From a virus (Duplodnaviria > Caudoviricetes), in the IMG/VR virus record IMGVR_UViG_3300025864_000015, positions 1-62,966 of that record: DNA of 62,966 nt, one strand, 5' to 3'. The translations under genes and the position numbers were made by a program. Below the pieces are notes generated by a model. That model did not search any database. It was not told where the DNA came from and worked only from the letters and a program-made list of their open reading frames with translations. Shown piece by piece: positions 27,773-37,521 of this stretch. How positions within the stretch are numbered: position 1 is the first letter of the stretch; the number at the start of each line of letters is the position of its first letter.

Positions 27773-28953
27773 GCTTTCACCACGGCCAGCGGCCTGAGCT
27801 TTGTCGTGATCCGCACGAGATCCGCCTGATTGGCCATCACCACGTCGATGTCGTGGTATGCCCGCCGGCATTCCTCGGCAACGTCGGCCTTCTTCACCTT
27901 GTACAGCGCGATGTCCGCGGCCTCCATCTCGGCGAGCACGTCGGCGGCGGGTATCGCCCTCTGCGCAGCCTTCCGGCCCATTGCCCGTCCGGCTCCGTGT
28001 GAGCACGACATGAACGACTCGCGGTTGCCGAGGCCCGCGCCGATGTAGCTGGCGCTGCCCATGCTGCCGGGAATGATGACGGTCTCGCCTTCGCGAGCTC
28101 TGACGGCTCCCTTCCGGTGCACCATCACGTTCTTGCCGAAGTGGTTTTCCATGGCGGCGTAGTTGTGGTGGATGTCGATCTCGTCGCCCCAGCCGATGCC
28201 CTCGCGGTACAGCACGCTCTGAATGGCGTGCATCATGTGCTCGCGGTTGAGGTAGGCGAAGCGGAGGCAGGCGTTCATCTCGGCGAGGTAGGTCTGACCC
28301 TCGTCTGAGTCGAGCGGCAGGAACGCCAGTTCGTGATCCTTGGGCACCGACGAATGCCAGCGCGCGTTCATCTCGATGGCGAGTTTGTTGTAGTGCTTCG
28401 CCACCTGAAAGCCGACGTTTCGGCTGCCAGAGTGGAGCATGAACGCCACACCAGAAAGTTCGTCGTCGCCCGTTGCCTGCGCCTCGATGAAGTGATTGCC
28501 GCCGCCGAGGGTGCCTATCTGATACAGGGACTTTTCGTACTCGCGCTCGAGGATGGGCGTTTCACCGTACAGCGTGACCTCCGTGAAGAGGTCGAGCCAA
28601 TCGGGTTGCTTCGCGTGATGGTGATTGAAGCCGGTCGGAATCGCGCGCTGGATCTCGTGCATAATGGCATCGCGGCGATCCATGAATCGCGCCAGGGGGC
28701 AGGTAAGCGCGAACGCCCTCATCCCGCAGCCGATGTCCACGCCGACCGCGTTGGGAATCACGACTCCCTGCGTGGCGAGCACGCCGCCTATGGGCATCCC
28801 GTAGCCTTGGTGGCAATCGCCCATGATGGCGACGTGCCGGAAGGCGAAGGGCAGTTCGGCTAGGTGCCGCGCCTGCTCCATCGCGCCCGCTTCTACGTCG
28901 TCCGTCCATATCTTGAGCGGCACTCGTCCGCTTGCGTCAACCTGCATGCTCAC
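27769..28953 (-). CDS. rtcB: RtcB RNA 2',3'-cyclic phosphate/3'-phosphate to 5'-OH ligase
   Basis: D.H.GYG.PIG, GVDIGCG, GTLGGGNHFIE, HSGSR, HHNY, HRKGA, IPGSMG, SCSHGAGR all intact. Confidence 0.95.
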   Translation of the reverse strand: MSMQVDASGRVPLKIWTDDVEAGAMEQARHLAELPFAFRHVAIMGDCHQGYGMPIGGVLATQGVVIPNAVGVDIGCGMRAFALTCPLARFMDRRDAIMHEIQRAIPTGFNHHHAKQPDWLDLFTEVTLYGETPILEREYEKSLYQIGTLGGGNHFIEAQATGDDELSGVAFMLHSGSRNVGFQVAKHYNKLAIEMNARWHSSVPKDHELAFLPLDSDEGQTYLAEMNACLRFAYLNREHMMHAIQSVLYREGIGWGDEIDIHHNYAAMENHFGKNVMVHRKGAVRAREGETVIIPGSMGSASYIGAGLGNRESFMSCSHGAGRAMGRKAAQRAIPAADVLAEMEAADIALYKVKKADVAEECRRAYHDIDVVMANQADLVRITTKLRPLAVVKA

Positions 28954-29126
28954 CGCGTCACCCACAGCAGCAACACGACCGTGAACGCGATGCTCCAGAC
29001 GACGCTCCACGCGGCCGTCTCTTTCGTGATCGGCTCCCGCGGCACGCCAATGAGCGCGACCTTACTGAGGGCGTCGAGGGCGAGGAGGGCGATGATGAGG
29101 TAGACGAACCATGCGGGGATGGTCAT
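28950..29126 (-). CDS. Small two-TM membrane protein
   Basis: MTIPAWFVYLIIALL...; coupled to rtcB. Confidence 0.55.
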   Translation of the reverse strand: MTIPAWFVYLIIALLALDALSKVALIGVPREPITKETAAWSVVWSIAFTVVLLLWVTR

Positions 29127-29365
29127 GATTCGACCTCGTAAAACGGCACGCCAGCCAGCACGGTGAATCGCTGCCGCCGGCGCCGTGCCTTCTCCTGCGC
29201 CCTGTTCGGCACCTCGCCTCTCCACGTCAGCAGTGGATGCTTGTTCCAGCCGATGAGTGAGGGCTCGGATGCGTGCTTGGGCAGGCGCTTGGTCTGACGT
29301 TCCGGTCGACCCGTCTCCAGAAGGCGCTGAAGGCGGCGGGCCTGCTTCGCGCGACGCTCACTCAT
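29123..29365 (-). CDS. Small basic protein
   Basis: Arg-rich, coupled ORF. Confidence 0.5.
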   Translation of the reverse strand: MSERRAKQARRLQRLLETGRPERQTKRLPKHASEPSLIGWNKHPLLTWRGEVPNRAQEKARRRRQRFTVLAGVPFYEVES

Positions 29366-29592
29366 AGTACGGCCCTCAGCGCCGGCGCTTCCCGCTGGTA
29401 GCAGAGCAGCCGTTCCTGCAGGTTCGCGATTTGCAGCTTGGACTGCATGGAGCGGATGTTCTTGCGCAGCAGGCAGTTTCGGCGCTGCGTGCGCCCTAGT
29501 TCGTACTCCAGTTCGGCGACGTATTGTCTGACCTCCGGGGGTAGTGATTGAAGGTGCAGGGCTGTTCGCGCTGATCCTTTGGCGATATGCAT
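29362..29592 (-). CDS. Small coiled-coil protein
   Basis: GGGAGG RBS; first gene of the RNA-repair operon. Confidence 0.55.
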   Translation of the reverse strand: MHIAKGSARTALHLQSLPPEVRQYVAELEYELGRTQRRNCLLRKNIRSMQSKLQIANLQERLLCYQREAPALRAVL

Positions 29593-29642
29593 GGATCCTC
29601 CCGAGTCGTTTCTGTAATTGTCGTCGCAGGGTCGCTCGGCTA

Positions 29643-29670
29643 CTACAAGCAGTTGCGCAACCTCTTGTAG
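29643..29670. promoter_or_regulatory. Back-to-back inverted pair of the 14-bp motif (copies 2 and 3) between divergent operons
   Basis: ctacaagcagttgc|gcaacctcttgtag. Confidence 0.7.
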
Positions 29671-29718
29671 AGCCCCGTCCGTCTGCCGTGCTACGCTGGA
29701 TGAAACGGAAGGAGTGTG

Positions 29719-29892
29719 ATGGGAAGCTTCAACGAAGCGTGCATACAGCCGCTGCCGCCGGTCCCCGGCGTCGTCTGCCCGTTCGACGGCGCGCAACTCG
29801 AGAACTGGCACGACTGCAACGGATACACGCAATTCATCTGCCCGGAGTGCGACTGTCGATTCCGGGCCGATGCGTGGGCGTCTCATGCCTGA
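29719..29892 (+). CDS. 57-aa zinc-ribbon protein
   Basis: AAGGAG RBS; CP.D...CPEC.C; not in the ORF track. Confidence 0.55.
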   Translation: MGSFNEACIQPLPPVPGVVCPFDGAQLENWHDCNGYTQFICPECDCRFRADAWASHA

Positions 29893-30310
29893 CGATCCGA
29901 GAGAAGTCCTCGCGGCAGCGGGCGTGGAGTGTGCGGAGGTGGAACAACTACAGGGGGCCATCGACGTCGTGAACGCCTATCCGGGCGCCGACGATTTTGC
30001 CACAGAGATGACAATCGCATCGCTGCTCACCCACATCAACGAACTCAGGGATGACGCCATCCTCGCCCTCGCCCGGATCGTGGCGGAGAAGCAGCGGTTG
30101 CTGATATTGGCTTACGAGACTGACTTTCGCTACATCATGTCCTTCGACGAATGGCTGGCCGACCTTCCCGTGGACCAACGCCGCCCGCGCGACCCCGGGG
30201 ACCCACTCCACAGCCGTTGGGATGCGCACCATCGCGGCGTTGACGATGCCCCGCGAACCGGCTGGCACCACCTCAAGGGCTGCTACTGCCCCTACTGCAA
30301 GGATGCGTGA
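29885..30310 (+). CDS. Mosaic hypothetical protein
   Basis: Shares WLADL and GWHH..GC.C..C modules with other genes in the window. Confidence 0.55.
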   Translation: MPDDPREVLAAAGVECAEVEQLQGAIDVVNAYPGADDFATEMTIASLLTHINELRDDAILALARIVAEKQRLLILAYETDFRYIMSFDEWLADLPVDQRRPRDPGDPLHSRWDAHHRGVDDAPRTGWHHLKGCYCPYCKDA

Positions 30311-30603
30311 TGAACGAGAAAACACGGAAGTCTCTGGCCGACGCACTCCGCGGCCTCGCCACCAAGATCGACGATGAGGCCGTTGATGTCATCGACGCTC
30401 GGATGGAATCGAAGGCTGACGTTACCGAAGGCGTGGCCCCTGGAGGCGCGTGGAGCGAGTATCGTCACAACGGACGGCTCACGTATGACCTCCACATCGA
30501 GCTGTATGTCCCCAAATCCGACGAGGCGCATGAAGACGGCACGTGGTGGAAGTCAGACCCGTCGATAATCGAGGTCATGGGCCGCGTACCTTGGACTGAC
30601 TGA
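30310..30603 (+). CDS. Hypothetical protein
   Basis: Coupled ORF. Confidence 0.5.
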   Translation: MNEKTRKSLADALRGLATKIDDEAVDVIDARMESKADVTEGVAPGGAWSEYRHNGRLTYDLHIELYVPKSDEAHEDGTWWKSDPSIIEVMGRVPWTD

Positions 30604-30788
30604 CAGGAGGCGTGATGACTGACTTCACGTGGGGCGAGCTCCTGTGGGCGCGCATCGAGTTGTGGTCCGCTCGCTGCGTTGTCCATTGGTACAGGCGCCG
30701 AGGGGAGCACGCGCGTGCTGTCGCATGGGCGCAGAAGCACTATGGCAGACTCGGCTCTCGGGCCGTGCTGCGCTAGGTACGCTAGCCC

Positions 30789-30803
30789 TGCTAGACTGAA
30801 CCC
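30789..30803 (+). promoter_or_regulatory. Extended -10 promoter, leaderless integrase mRNA
   Basis: TGc-TAGACT-N6-ATG. Confidence 0.6.
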
Positions 30804-31946
30804 ATGCCCGGCAGCATCTCTAAGCGCGCGAACAAAGACGGCACCTTCTCCTGGCTCGTCACCGTGCCCGTCGGCTACGGTCGCCACGCCGGCAGGATCG
30901 TCAGAAGCGTTAGGGTCGCCAAGGAGACGAAGCACCCGCCGCAGAAGGCACGCGACCTACTGGCGCACTTGCAGCAACAGGCCGAGGGTGGCGTCATCCC
31001 CAGCCACAAGCTCACCATGGGCGACCTCTTCGACCGCTGGCTCGCCGAGTGGGTCGACGACGACGACCGCTACGAGGCCGCCAGTCAGGACGCCTACCAC
31101 TCGACCGTCCGGCTGTACCTGCGGCCCGCCATCGGCCATATCCGCATCCTGTCGCTGCAGCCGACCCACGTGGCGGCACTCTGGAAGCAGATACGTGACG
31201 AGGGCTACGCGCTGTCATCGGTGCGCCGCTACTACGCCGCCCTGCACCTCTGCCTCAACTGGGGCATCCAGCACGGCTTGGTTTTGCGCAACGTCTGCGA
31301 CTCGGACGTGGCCAAGCTGCCGGGCAGGCGCCATGAGGAGCGGCCGGTACTGTCGCTGAAGCAGATGCTAGAGCTCTTGGGCAAGATCCGGGGAACGGAG
31401 ATGGCGCTTCCCATCCTCATCGCGATCAGCGCCGGCACAAGGCGCGGCGAGGCCATCGGCATGAAGTGGGGCGACGTGGACGTGATCGGCAGACGGCTGA
31501 TGGTCAGGCGCAGCCTGTGCCGCAAGAAGGGTCAGGGACTCGTCGAGAAGTGGCCCAAGGGACGCAAGCCGCGCATGGTGCCGATGCCCGACTTCGCCGC
31601 CACTGTGTTCGACGCTGCCAAGGAAGGCAAGCCCGACGGGTGGTACGTCTGCGGCGGCGAGCAGCCAATGAGTCCCGAGCGGGTCAGCAAGGGGTGGAAG
31701 GCGCTGCTCGTGGAACTGGAACTGCCGCCCATGAGGTTCCACGACTTACGGCACTCGTATGCCTCCGCACTCCTGGAGGCCGGAATCGACATGAAGCAGC
31801 TTTCCGAGATGCTCGGGCACCAGCAGATGAGCACCACTTCCGAGATTTACGCGCATGTCTCTGAGCGCATGAGGGAACGCACGCTGTCGGCGTTCAATCA
31901 GGCGGTGGTGGAGGCGGCGGCGCAAGGTACGCGATTGCGGCCATGA
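30804..31946 (+). CDS. int: Tyrosine integrase
   Basis: Catalytic R (GTRRGE), K, HDLRH, LGH and Y intact; N-terminal arm-binding and SAM-like domains. Confidence 0.93.
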   Translation: MPGSISKRANKDGTFSWLVTVPVGYGRHAGRIVRSVRVAKETKHPPQKARDLLAHLQQQAEGGVIPSHKLTMGDLFDRWLAEWVDDDDRYEAASQDAYHSTVRLYLRPAIGHIRILSLQPTHVAALWKQIRDEGYALSSVRRYYAALHLCLNWGIQHGLVLRNVCDSDVAKLPGRRHEERPVLSLKQMLELLGKIRGTEMALPILIAISAGTRRGEAIGMKWGDVDVIGRRLMVRRSLCRKKGQGLVEKWPKGRKPRMVPMPDFAATVFDAAKEGKPDGWYVCGGEQPMSPERVSKGWKALLVELELPPMRFHDLRHSYASALLEAGIDMKQLSEMLGHQQMSTTSEIYAHVSERMRERTLSAFNQAVVEAAAQGTRLRP

Positions 31947-32394
31947 GGCGCTTGGGGTCATCGCGGAAATGGCCGATTCCGAGGTTGCAGTGGTAGCAGA
32001 GGATGCCGCGCGTCAGCCCTGTGTCGTGGTTGTGGTCGGTATGCCAGTTGCCGCATCCGCTGGGCTCCACTGCCCCGCAGATGGCGCAACTGTTGCCCTG
32101 CGCGACCAGCATTGCATCCCACTCGCCCGGAAGAAGATGATATCTCCGACGTAGATCCCTAGCGGCCTTCTCCTCGCGGTGCGCGGCGTAGTGGGATGCA
32201 TTGTAGGCGCGTACCTCCTCGCGGTGCTCGGCATAGTAGGCGGCGTCGTGTGCGGCCCGTTCCTCGCGGTGTGCCGCGTACCATGCGGCGGCGTAGGCGG
32301 CGCGCCCCCCACGACACGCATCGCAGCGGCACCCCCTCTGGTAGTGGTATCGGCTCGGCGACCCATGCGCCCTCAGTAGGTTGACTCTCCTCAC
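31894..32394 (-). CDS. Endonuclease VII-family endonuclease
   Basis: ML.AQ...CAICG...HTDHNHDTG.TRGILC..CN. Confidence 0.85.
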   Translation of the reverse strand: MRRVNLLRAHGSPSRYHYQRGCRCDACRGGRAAYAAAWYAAHREERAAHDAAYYAEHREEVRAYNASHYAAHREEKAARDLRRRYHLLPGEWDAMLVAQGNSCAICGAVEPSGCGNWHTDHNHDTGLTRGILCYHCNLGIGHFRDDPKRLMAAIAYLAPPPPPPPD

Positions 32395-32735
32395 TCCGCC
32401 AGCGCCTGGATAGCGATGCGGTGCGCGGAGCCGGGGGCGGTCGATTGAATTGCAACGAGGGCAGTCTTCAGCCGCTCGTTCTCCGCCTCCAATTTGACGA
32501 GAGCAGCACTTGCGATGCCTCTCTCGATGATGTACGCAGACAGCCGGTCCACGAAGTTGCGGTTCTCCGCCTCCAGCTCGGCGACCTTGGCCCGAAGCTC
32601 CTGTATCTGCTGAGCCATTTCAGGATGAAGCGATGCGCGATAGGAGCGCAGTTCCCCCTCCAGCGCGGAGAGGTGGCAGCCCGCACAGTCCTCGGGCAAG
32701 TAGTGGTTCACGGATGCGTCATATGGTCCGCTCAC
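32391..32735 (-). CDS. Coiled-coil hypothetical protein
   Basis: LEAENERLK module. Confidence 0.5.
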   Translation of the reverse strand: MSGPYDASVNHYLPEDCAGCHLSALEGELRSYRASLHPEMAQQIQELRAKVAELEAENRNFVDRLSAYIIERGIASAALVKLEAENERLKTALVAIQSTAPGSAHRIAIQALAE

Positions 32736-33354
32736 GACATGCCTCCCTCGCGGGGCCTAGCGTCCAGGGCGTCAGCATCTACCAGCAACCTTAGTAGCGG
32801 GTTGTGGCTTTCATACATCTCCAGGCGCTTTTGTAGATCGGCCTGCTGGGCCTTCATCCGGTCATACTTCTCCCACGCGATGTTCTCGCGCCTCTGCGAG
32901 CCGGCGATGGCCTTGGCTGCGGTTGCTGGTGTGACGTGCATCACTTGCTCCTCTGATTGATTTGCCTGTGGTATTCTGTCTTGCTGAGAATGTTGGCCAA
33001 CTCGCACCGCCCCCTCTTGCTCCAAATGCAGCGAGCGCACCCGATAGGGTCAAACGGACAACCATAGTGCTGTTCTGCGTAGTCTCCGGTCACCCCGCCC
33101 CCCTCACGTCATGATATTCTGTCTCCATGGCCAGCCTCACAGATAGTTCATTTTCAAACACGGCGCACACTGGGCGCACATCCGCGAGCCGTCCGCGTTG
33201 CCCGTTTCCGCAAAGTACCTGCAAATTGCACCCTGCCGACGTAGCTCAGTAGGCCAGAGCACATCACTCGTAATGATGTGACGGCAGGCTGCAGCACGGC
33301 CTGAATCCGGCTCGCAGGCTCGAAACAGCCCCGCCTTTGCCCATCCTTCCACGG

Positions 33355-33693
33355 CTATGCCCGCCTACGGGAACTCATCGGGCGCTCATCGGCGCGGGTG
33401 CGGAGGTCGGCGAGCCACTTCCGATAGATGCCCCCACTGTCGTAGGTGTCGCCTATCAGCGGGTAGGCATCCTCGAACGCCAGTCGCAGCAGCGCGTCCC
33501 GCTCCGCCTCCGTTCCGGCGATGCGCTCGCCCGCCTTGCGCCACGACTCTCCGATGCGATGCAGGTCGCTATCCCGCTCCCTCAGCTTCGCCTCCATCTC
33601 GGAGATTGCGGCGTCAGCAATCATGCGGCTCACGTAGTTCGTGACCGGTCTGAAGCGGACACGCTCTTTCCGGTACTCCTCAACTGCGCTCAC
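33355..33693 (-). CDS. Coiled-coil hypothetical protein
   Basis: GAGGAG RBS; ADAAISEMEA module. Confidence 0.55.
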   Translation of the reverse strand: MSAVEEYRKERVRFRPVTNYVSRMIADAAISEMEAKLRERDSDLHRIGESWRKAGERIAGTEAERDALLRLAFEDAYPLIGDTYDSGGIYRKWLADLRTRADERPMSSRRRA

Positions 33694-33714
33694 GTCGTCT
33701 CCTCTGATTGATCT

Positions 33715-33960
33715 TCACGTCCGCCCCCCCTTCCCCGCCACGGCCCGAACCGCGGCAACCGGCGCGGCCTGTTCCCCTGCCGCCACCCACCTCAGGGCCA
33801 TGAGCCCGCTGCGGTAGAACCGCCACTGACGCCCCACCTTGAACGCGGGCACGCTCCCGTCGTTGATGCAGTCGAGAAGGGTCGACTCGCTGCAGCGCAG
33901 TAGCTCCCGGGCTTCGGCGAAGACGAGGATCTCGGGGGATGTGGCGCGGGTCACGCTCAC
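33715..33960 (-). CDS. Second excisionase-like HTH protein
   Basis: EA.ELLR.S.ST....I..G.VPAFKVGRQWRF. Confidence 0.8.
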   Translation of the reverse strand: MSVTRATSPEILVFAEARELLRCSESTLLDCINDGSVPAFKVGRQWRFYRSGLMALRWVAAGEQAAPVAAVRAVAGKGGRT

Positions 33961-34298
33961 GAGGTATCCGCCGCTACGCACTCGGCTGCAGCCGTGTGGT
34001 CAGCCCTAGCTTGTTTCCGCCGAGCCGCCTGAGCCGTCCCGCGTTCGCGAACTTTGTCGGGATTTGCTGCGGCCCACTTACGGTAGTACGTCGAGATGTA
34101 CTCACTCTTCTCGACGTTGTAGGTGCGGCGGTAGTCGCGTATGAAGTCCGCTTTGGACGCCCTCCTGCGCGCTGCGTATCCTGACGCCATCCCCCGGCAA
34201 GCCACGCATCGACACCCTCCGCGGGATTCGCTTCCACCGCGTGTGTACAGATACTGCGCCGGCGACCCGTGCGCCCGTAGCAGGTTGACGCGCCTCAC
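33957..34298 (-). CDS. Protein with HG...GCRC..CR module; resembles the N-terminus of 31894..32394 without the nuclease domain
   Basis: RRVNLLRAHGSP is identical in both proteins. Confidence 0.55.
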   Translation of the reverse strand: MRRVNLLRAHGSPAQYLYTRGGSESRGGCRCVACRGMASGYAARRRASKADFIRDYRRTYNVEKSEYISTYYRKWAAANPDKVRERGTAQAARRKQARADHTAAAECVAADTS

Positions 34299-34714
34299 GC
34301 CCGCCCCCTCTTCACTGGCATGAACTGCCGGGGAAGCCTCAACTGCTGAGGCGGCCCCGCGGTCACCTTGCGTGGCGGACGGAGGAAGATGGCGCGCCAA
34401 TACTTGACCAGCATGTCCTTCGAGCCACGCCATGCCTTCGGTTGCCGCACGCCCACGAAGCAGTACCCGGCCCTTCCGCGCCGCCCCTCGATGATCCAGC
34501 CGTGGTGGCGCCAACACTCGACGGCCTCATAGACGATGCAGGGGTCACCGCCAAGTTCCTCCTCAAGATGGACGATTTGATACTTGTGGTCGGATAGCAG
34601 GTCGCCGACGGCCTCGAAGTAGGTTTTCCGCAGGGCTGGATTCTGGCGCGGACTCTTCGGGTCATCGAACGCATACCAGCTGTGACTCTGGCGCGTCAGC
34701 AGGACCTCAGCCAT
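34295..34714 (-). CDS. Hypothetical protein, possibly winged-helix
   Basis: Coupled ORF; G..IEG.RG..GY. Confidence 0.45.
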   Translation of the reverse strand: MAEVLLTRQSHSWYAFDDPKSPRQNPALRKTYFEAVGDLLSDHKYQIVHLEEELGGDPCIVYEAVECWRHHGWIIEGRRGRAGYCFVGVRQPKAWRGSKDMLVKYWRAIFLRPPRKVTAGPPQQLRLPRQFMPVKRGRA

Positions 34715-35600
34715 ACGTCACCAGTTTCGTCTTAAACGTCGCCTGCCACTCTTCCCACGTCATCGAGTTGAACGCGACCATGTTGTTGACCCAGCGAGCG
34801 AACCTGCGCTGGTAGGGGTCGTTGCGCTTGTACGGCATCACGAACGGGTCGGCACCTAGCGACCTGACGATCTCGACGCGCTCCATGTCTTCCTCTGGCG
34901 TTGAGTCAAAGCCGACCAGGACGTAGAACATGAGGCGTCCGGCGGGCCATCCTGCACGCTGCATCATGGCGACGGCGGCGCGCACTGACTGTTCGTCCCG
35001 CACGTGGTCAAAGGCCATGTGGATACTTTTCGTCGTGCGAGATCTCCGCAGCGTTTCTGCGTGATCGTCAGTGAGTAGGCGGGCGTCAAGTCCCTGGCTG
35101 AAGTCGAGCGCGCAGTTCGCAGCCGTGGCGTCGGCGCACAGTTTGCGGAAGTGGTCGAGCGGAGCGGCAGTCACGTTGCCGTCGATGAGATGCAGGATCT
35201 CGCGGCCCGTCCAGATGTCTCCAAACTCCGCGACGATGCGCAGGGGACCGTCCTTCTTCGGCACCACGCAGAACGGGCAGCGTCGCGGGCAGCCACGGGT
35301 CGAGTAGCCGATGTCGTCTTTCCACCACGGCCACAGCGACCAGTCCGGCTTGGTGTGCTCAATCTCGTCGTCAAGCACCGTCATGAGGTCGTAGCCGCTG
35401 CCGCCGCGCACCGCGTCCTCGGGCAGGTACGGATCATCCGGTGTGTCGGTGAATACTTTGCTCGCATAGGTGGTATCGGCGGGGCTGATCGGCACAAAAT
35501 CGCCGACGAGATCTCCACGTCGCAAATGTGAAGTCGCCAACTTCGCCAGCGCGAGGTTCGGCCACTTGCCGTCGACTTGGGCGATGGCGATTCTAGCCAT
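34707..35600 (-). CDS. Radical SAM protein
   Basis: PNLAL.KL, TRGCPRRCPFC (CxxxCxxC), QGLDARL, YVLVGF. Confidence 0.85.
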   Translation of the reverse strand: MARIAIAQVDGKWPNLALAKLATSHLRRGDLVGDFVPISPADTTYASKVFTDTPDDPYLPEDAVRGGSGYDLMTVLDDEIEHTKPDWSLWPWWKDDIGYSTRGCPRRCPFCVVPKKDGPLRIVAEFGDIWTGREILHLIDGNVTAAPLDHFRKLCADATAANCALDFSQGLDARLLTDDHAETLRRSRTTKSIHMAFDHVRDEQSVRAAVAMMQRAGWPAGRLMFYVLVGFDSTPEEDMERVEIVRSLGADPFVMPYKRNDPYQRRFARWVNNMVAFNSMTWEEWQATFKTKLVTYG

Positions 35601-35952
35601 TCAGCACCTCCGCAATCTCCCGCGCCGCATACCCCGAACGGACTTGTGAGCCGGTGAAGTGCAGGACGCGGTAGCCCAAGCGGATTGCCGCATGATCCTT
35701 CTCGTTGTCTCGTGCGGACCCGGTGCCGCGATTGTGCGCTCCGTTCACCCATTCGCCGCCGTCGACTTCGATGAGGAGCTGCTGCTCGGGAAAGGCGAAG
35801 TCGCTGCGCCAGCGACGGACCGGATGGAAGTAGAACTGGCGGACAGGCCAGAGGTTGAGGGCCTCAAGTTGCCCGTCCAGCTTGTCCTCCAGCGCCGTCC
35901 TCTTCGCCTTCACGATCATCCGATTGGCCTGGGCGGGGGTGACGGCGGTCAC
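35593..35952 (-). CDS. DUF559/Vsr-like PD-(D/E)XK endonuclease
   Basis: FHP.RRWR.DFA.P...L.IEVDG...D.EK...A...GY.VL.FT. Confidence 0.8.
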   Translation of the reverse strand: MTAVTPAQANRMIVKAKRTALEDKLDGQLEALNLWPVRQFYFHPVRRWRSDFAFPEQQLLIEVDGGEWVNGAHNRGTGSARDNEKDHAAIRLGYRVLHFTGSQVRSGYAAREIAEVLNG

Positions 35953-36175
35953 TCTTCTACCTCCAGCACGTCGAACGCCCGCACGTCATTGAGCATCATC
36001 GCTAGGACATGAATGAGTCCGTCCTTCGTGTCGGCAAAGAGGCCCATGGCGTTCTCGGTCCATGCGTCGCCGCCGTCTTCTCTCAGTCCCTCGTACACCT
36101 CGCGCACCTCGAACAGGTCTTCGGTTTCTCCGTCGGGCATTGTGATGGTGCGATGGGTTGCCTGATAGCGCCAGG

Positions 36176-36598
36176 TCACGGCGTGCTCCTCTCGGCCCAG
36201 CAGTTGCAGGAGAACCCGGTGTCCGCTTTGAGTGCGCCGAACTTTACCCATGCCGCGTTCTGTACAGCACAAGTGTCACAATGCGCGCACCCATCACAAC
36301 GCCCATCCCGCAGCGCGTCCCGCTCGTTCATCAGTTCGTGCATCAGAGTGCCCCATGAATGAGACCTCTCTGTGAGCGCAGCAAGTTCGGCCTCGGCCCG
36401 CTCGGCACGGTCCTCTTGGTACACGGCATCTTCTCTTGCGGCCTTCTTGTCGGCCTCCATCTCGGCGATGCGCCTCTCATACTCCGCGCTCTTGCAGCCG
36501 CAGTCGTCGTGGTGGGTCATGTGCGGCCTGACGCTGGTGAACCCGCAGTCGATGCCGTGCAGGCCGTCTTTGCCGTGGCACGTTGGGCAGGTGGTCAT
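36176..36598 (-). CDS. Cys-rich coiled-coil hypothetical protein
   Basis: Coupled ORF; IAEMEA module. Confidence 0.5.
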   Translation of the reverse strand: MTTCPTCHGKDGLHGIDCGFTSVRPHMTHHDDCGCKSAEYERRIAEMEADKKAAREDAVYQEDRAERAEAELAALTERSHSWGTLMHELMNERDALRDGRCDGCAHCDTCAVQNAAWVKFGALKADTGFSCNCWAERSTP

Positions 36599-36848
36599 GG
36601 GGTTGCCTCGCTTTCGGTATTGCAGAATTCGCACCCGCAGCCGTCCTCGTGATGCCAGCCGTCCTGCGGCGTGAACTCGCCGCCGGGGCCGAACGTCGTG
36701 CGACCGTACGGGCTCCCCGATACGCGGAACCGCTCCTGACGCGGGTTGTTAGGCAGATAGTCGATGGTGTACTCGCAGCCATGCTTGCCGATGATCTCGG
36801 GTATGCTCGCGGGCAGTCCAGCGTCCTTGACCTGCTGCAGGGACAGGG

Positions 36849-37388
36849 TCATGGGGCCACCTGCTCGCATACCGGACAGTGCCCGTCCGCTTGGATCGTG
36901 GCGCCGTCTTCCGGACAATAAGAAACCGCGGGCGGGACAGGGGACTTGTCCCCGCGCCCGCGCGTTTCTTTCTTTCTATCTATCTTTCTATCTACGTGCG
37001 CCGTCCTAGCGCCGTCCGCCGGACGTCCAGTGGACGCGCTGTTTCGTCCTTCGCGCTTCCGCTCCGCGTCCTTCTCTCTTGCCACCACTAATGCACCCCC
37101 ATACTCATCCCAGTCATGCACGTGCAGACCGTCGCCGTTATCGATGAATCCACACGCCGTCAGGTGTTTGATAATGTCTTTCGGCGCGCCCTCCCACTCG
37201 CAAGCCAGGGCGATGTCTTCAGCGTCGTGTTTCGTCAAATCGCCATCGGATGCGTAGTCGATGCACCACCACCACAGGCAGTGAAGGATGCCAATCGCCT
37301 CGGGGAGCCGTACGCCAAGGCGCCGCGCCAGTTTGCGAGTCTTCGGGTGCTGCCTGAGCGCTTGGTATGACTTAATCCAAGCGCTCAC
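36849..37388 (-). CDS. Replication initiator-like protein (short paralog)
   Basis: W......LR.HPK...G.LH.LW.W..DYA.DGDL...GFID...HDW.EY. Confidence 0.65.
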   Translation of the reverse strand: MSAWIKSYQALRQHPKTRKLARRLGVRLPEAIGILHCLWWWCIDYASDGDLTKHDAEDIALACEWEGAPKDIIKHLTACGFIDNGDGLHVHDWDEYGGALVVAREKDAERKREGRNSASTGRPADGARTAHVDRKIDRKKETRGRGDKSPVPPAVSYCPEDGATIQADGHCPVCEQVAP

Positions 37389-37521
37389 TCCGCATCCACG
37401 TCCCTTCCCACCAGCAGCATCGCGCCGCAGCGCCGGCAGTTGACGTACTCGTGGAGCTCGCCGTCGATGTAGAACGGGGCGGGGCCGAAGGGGTCGCCGG
37501 TGTGGTGGCAGGCCGGGCAGG

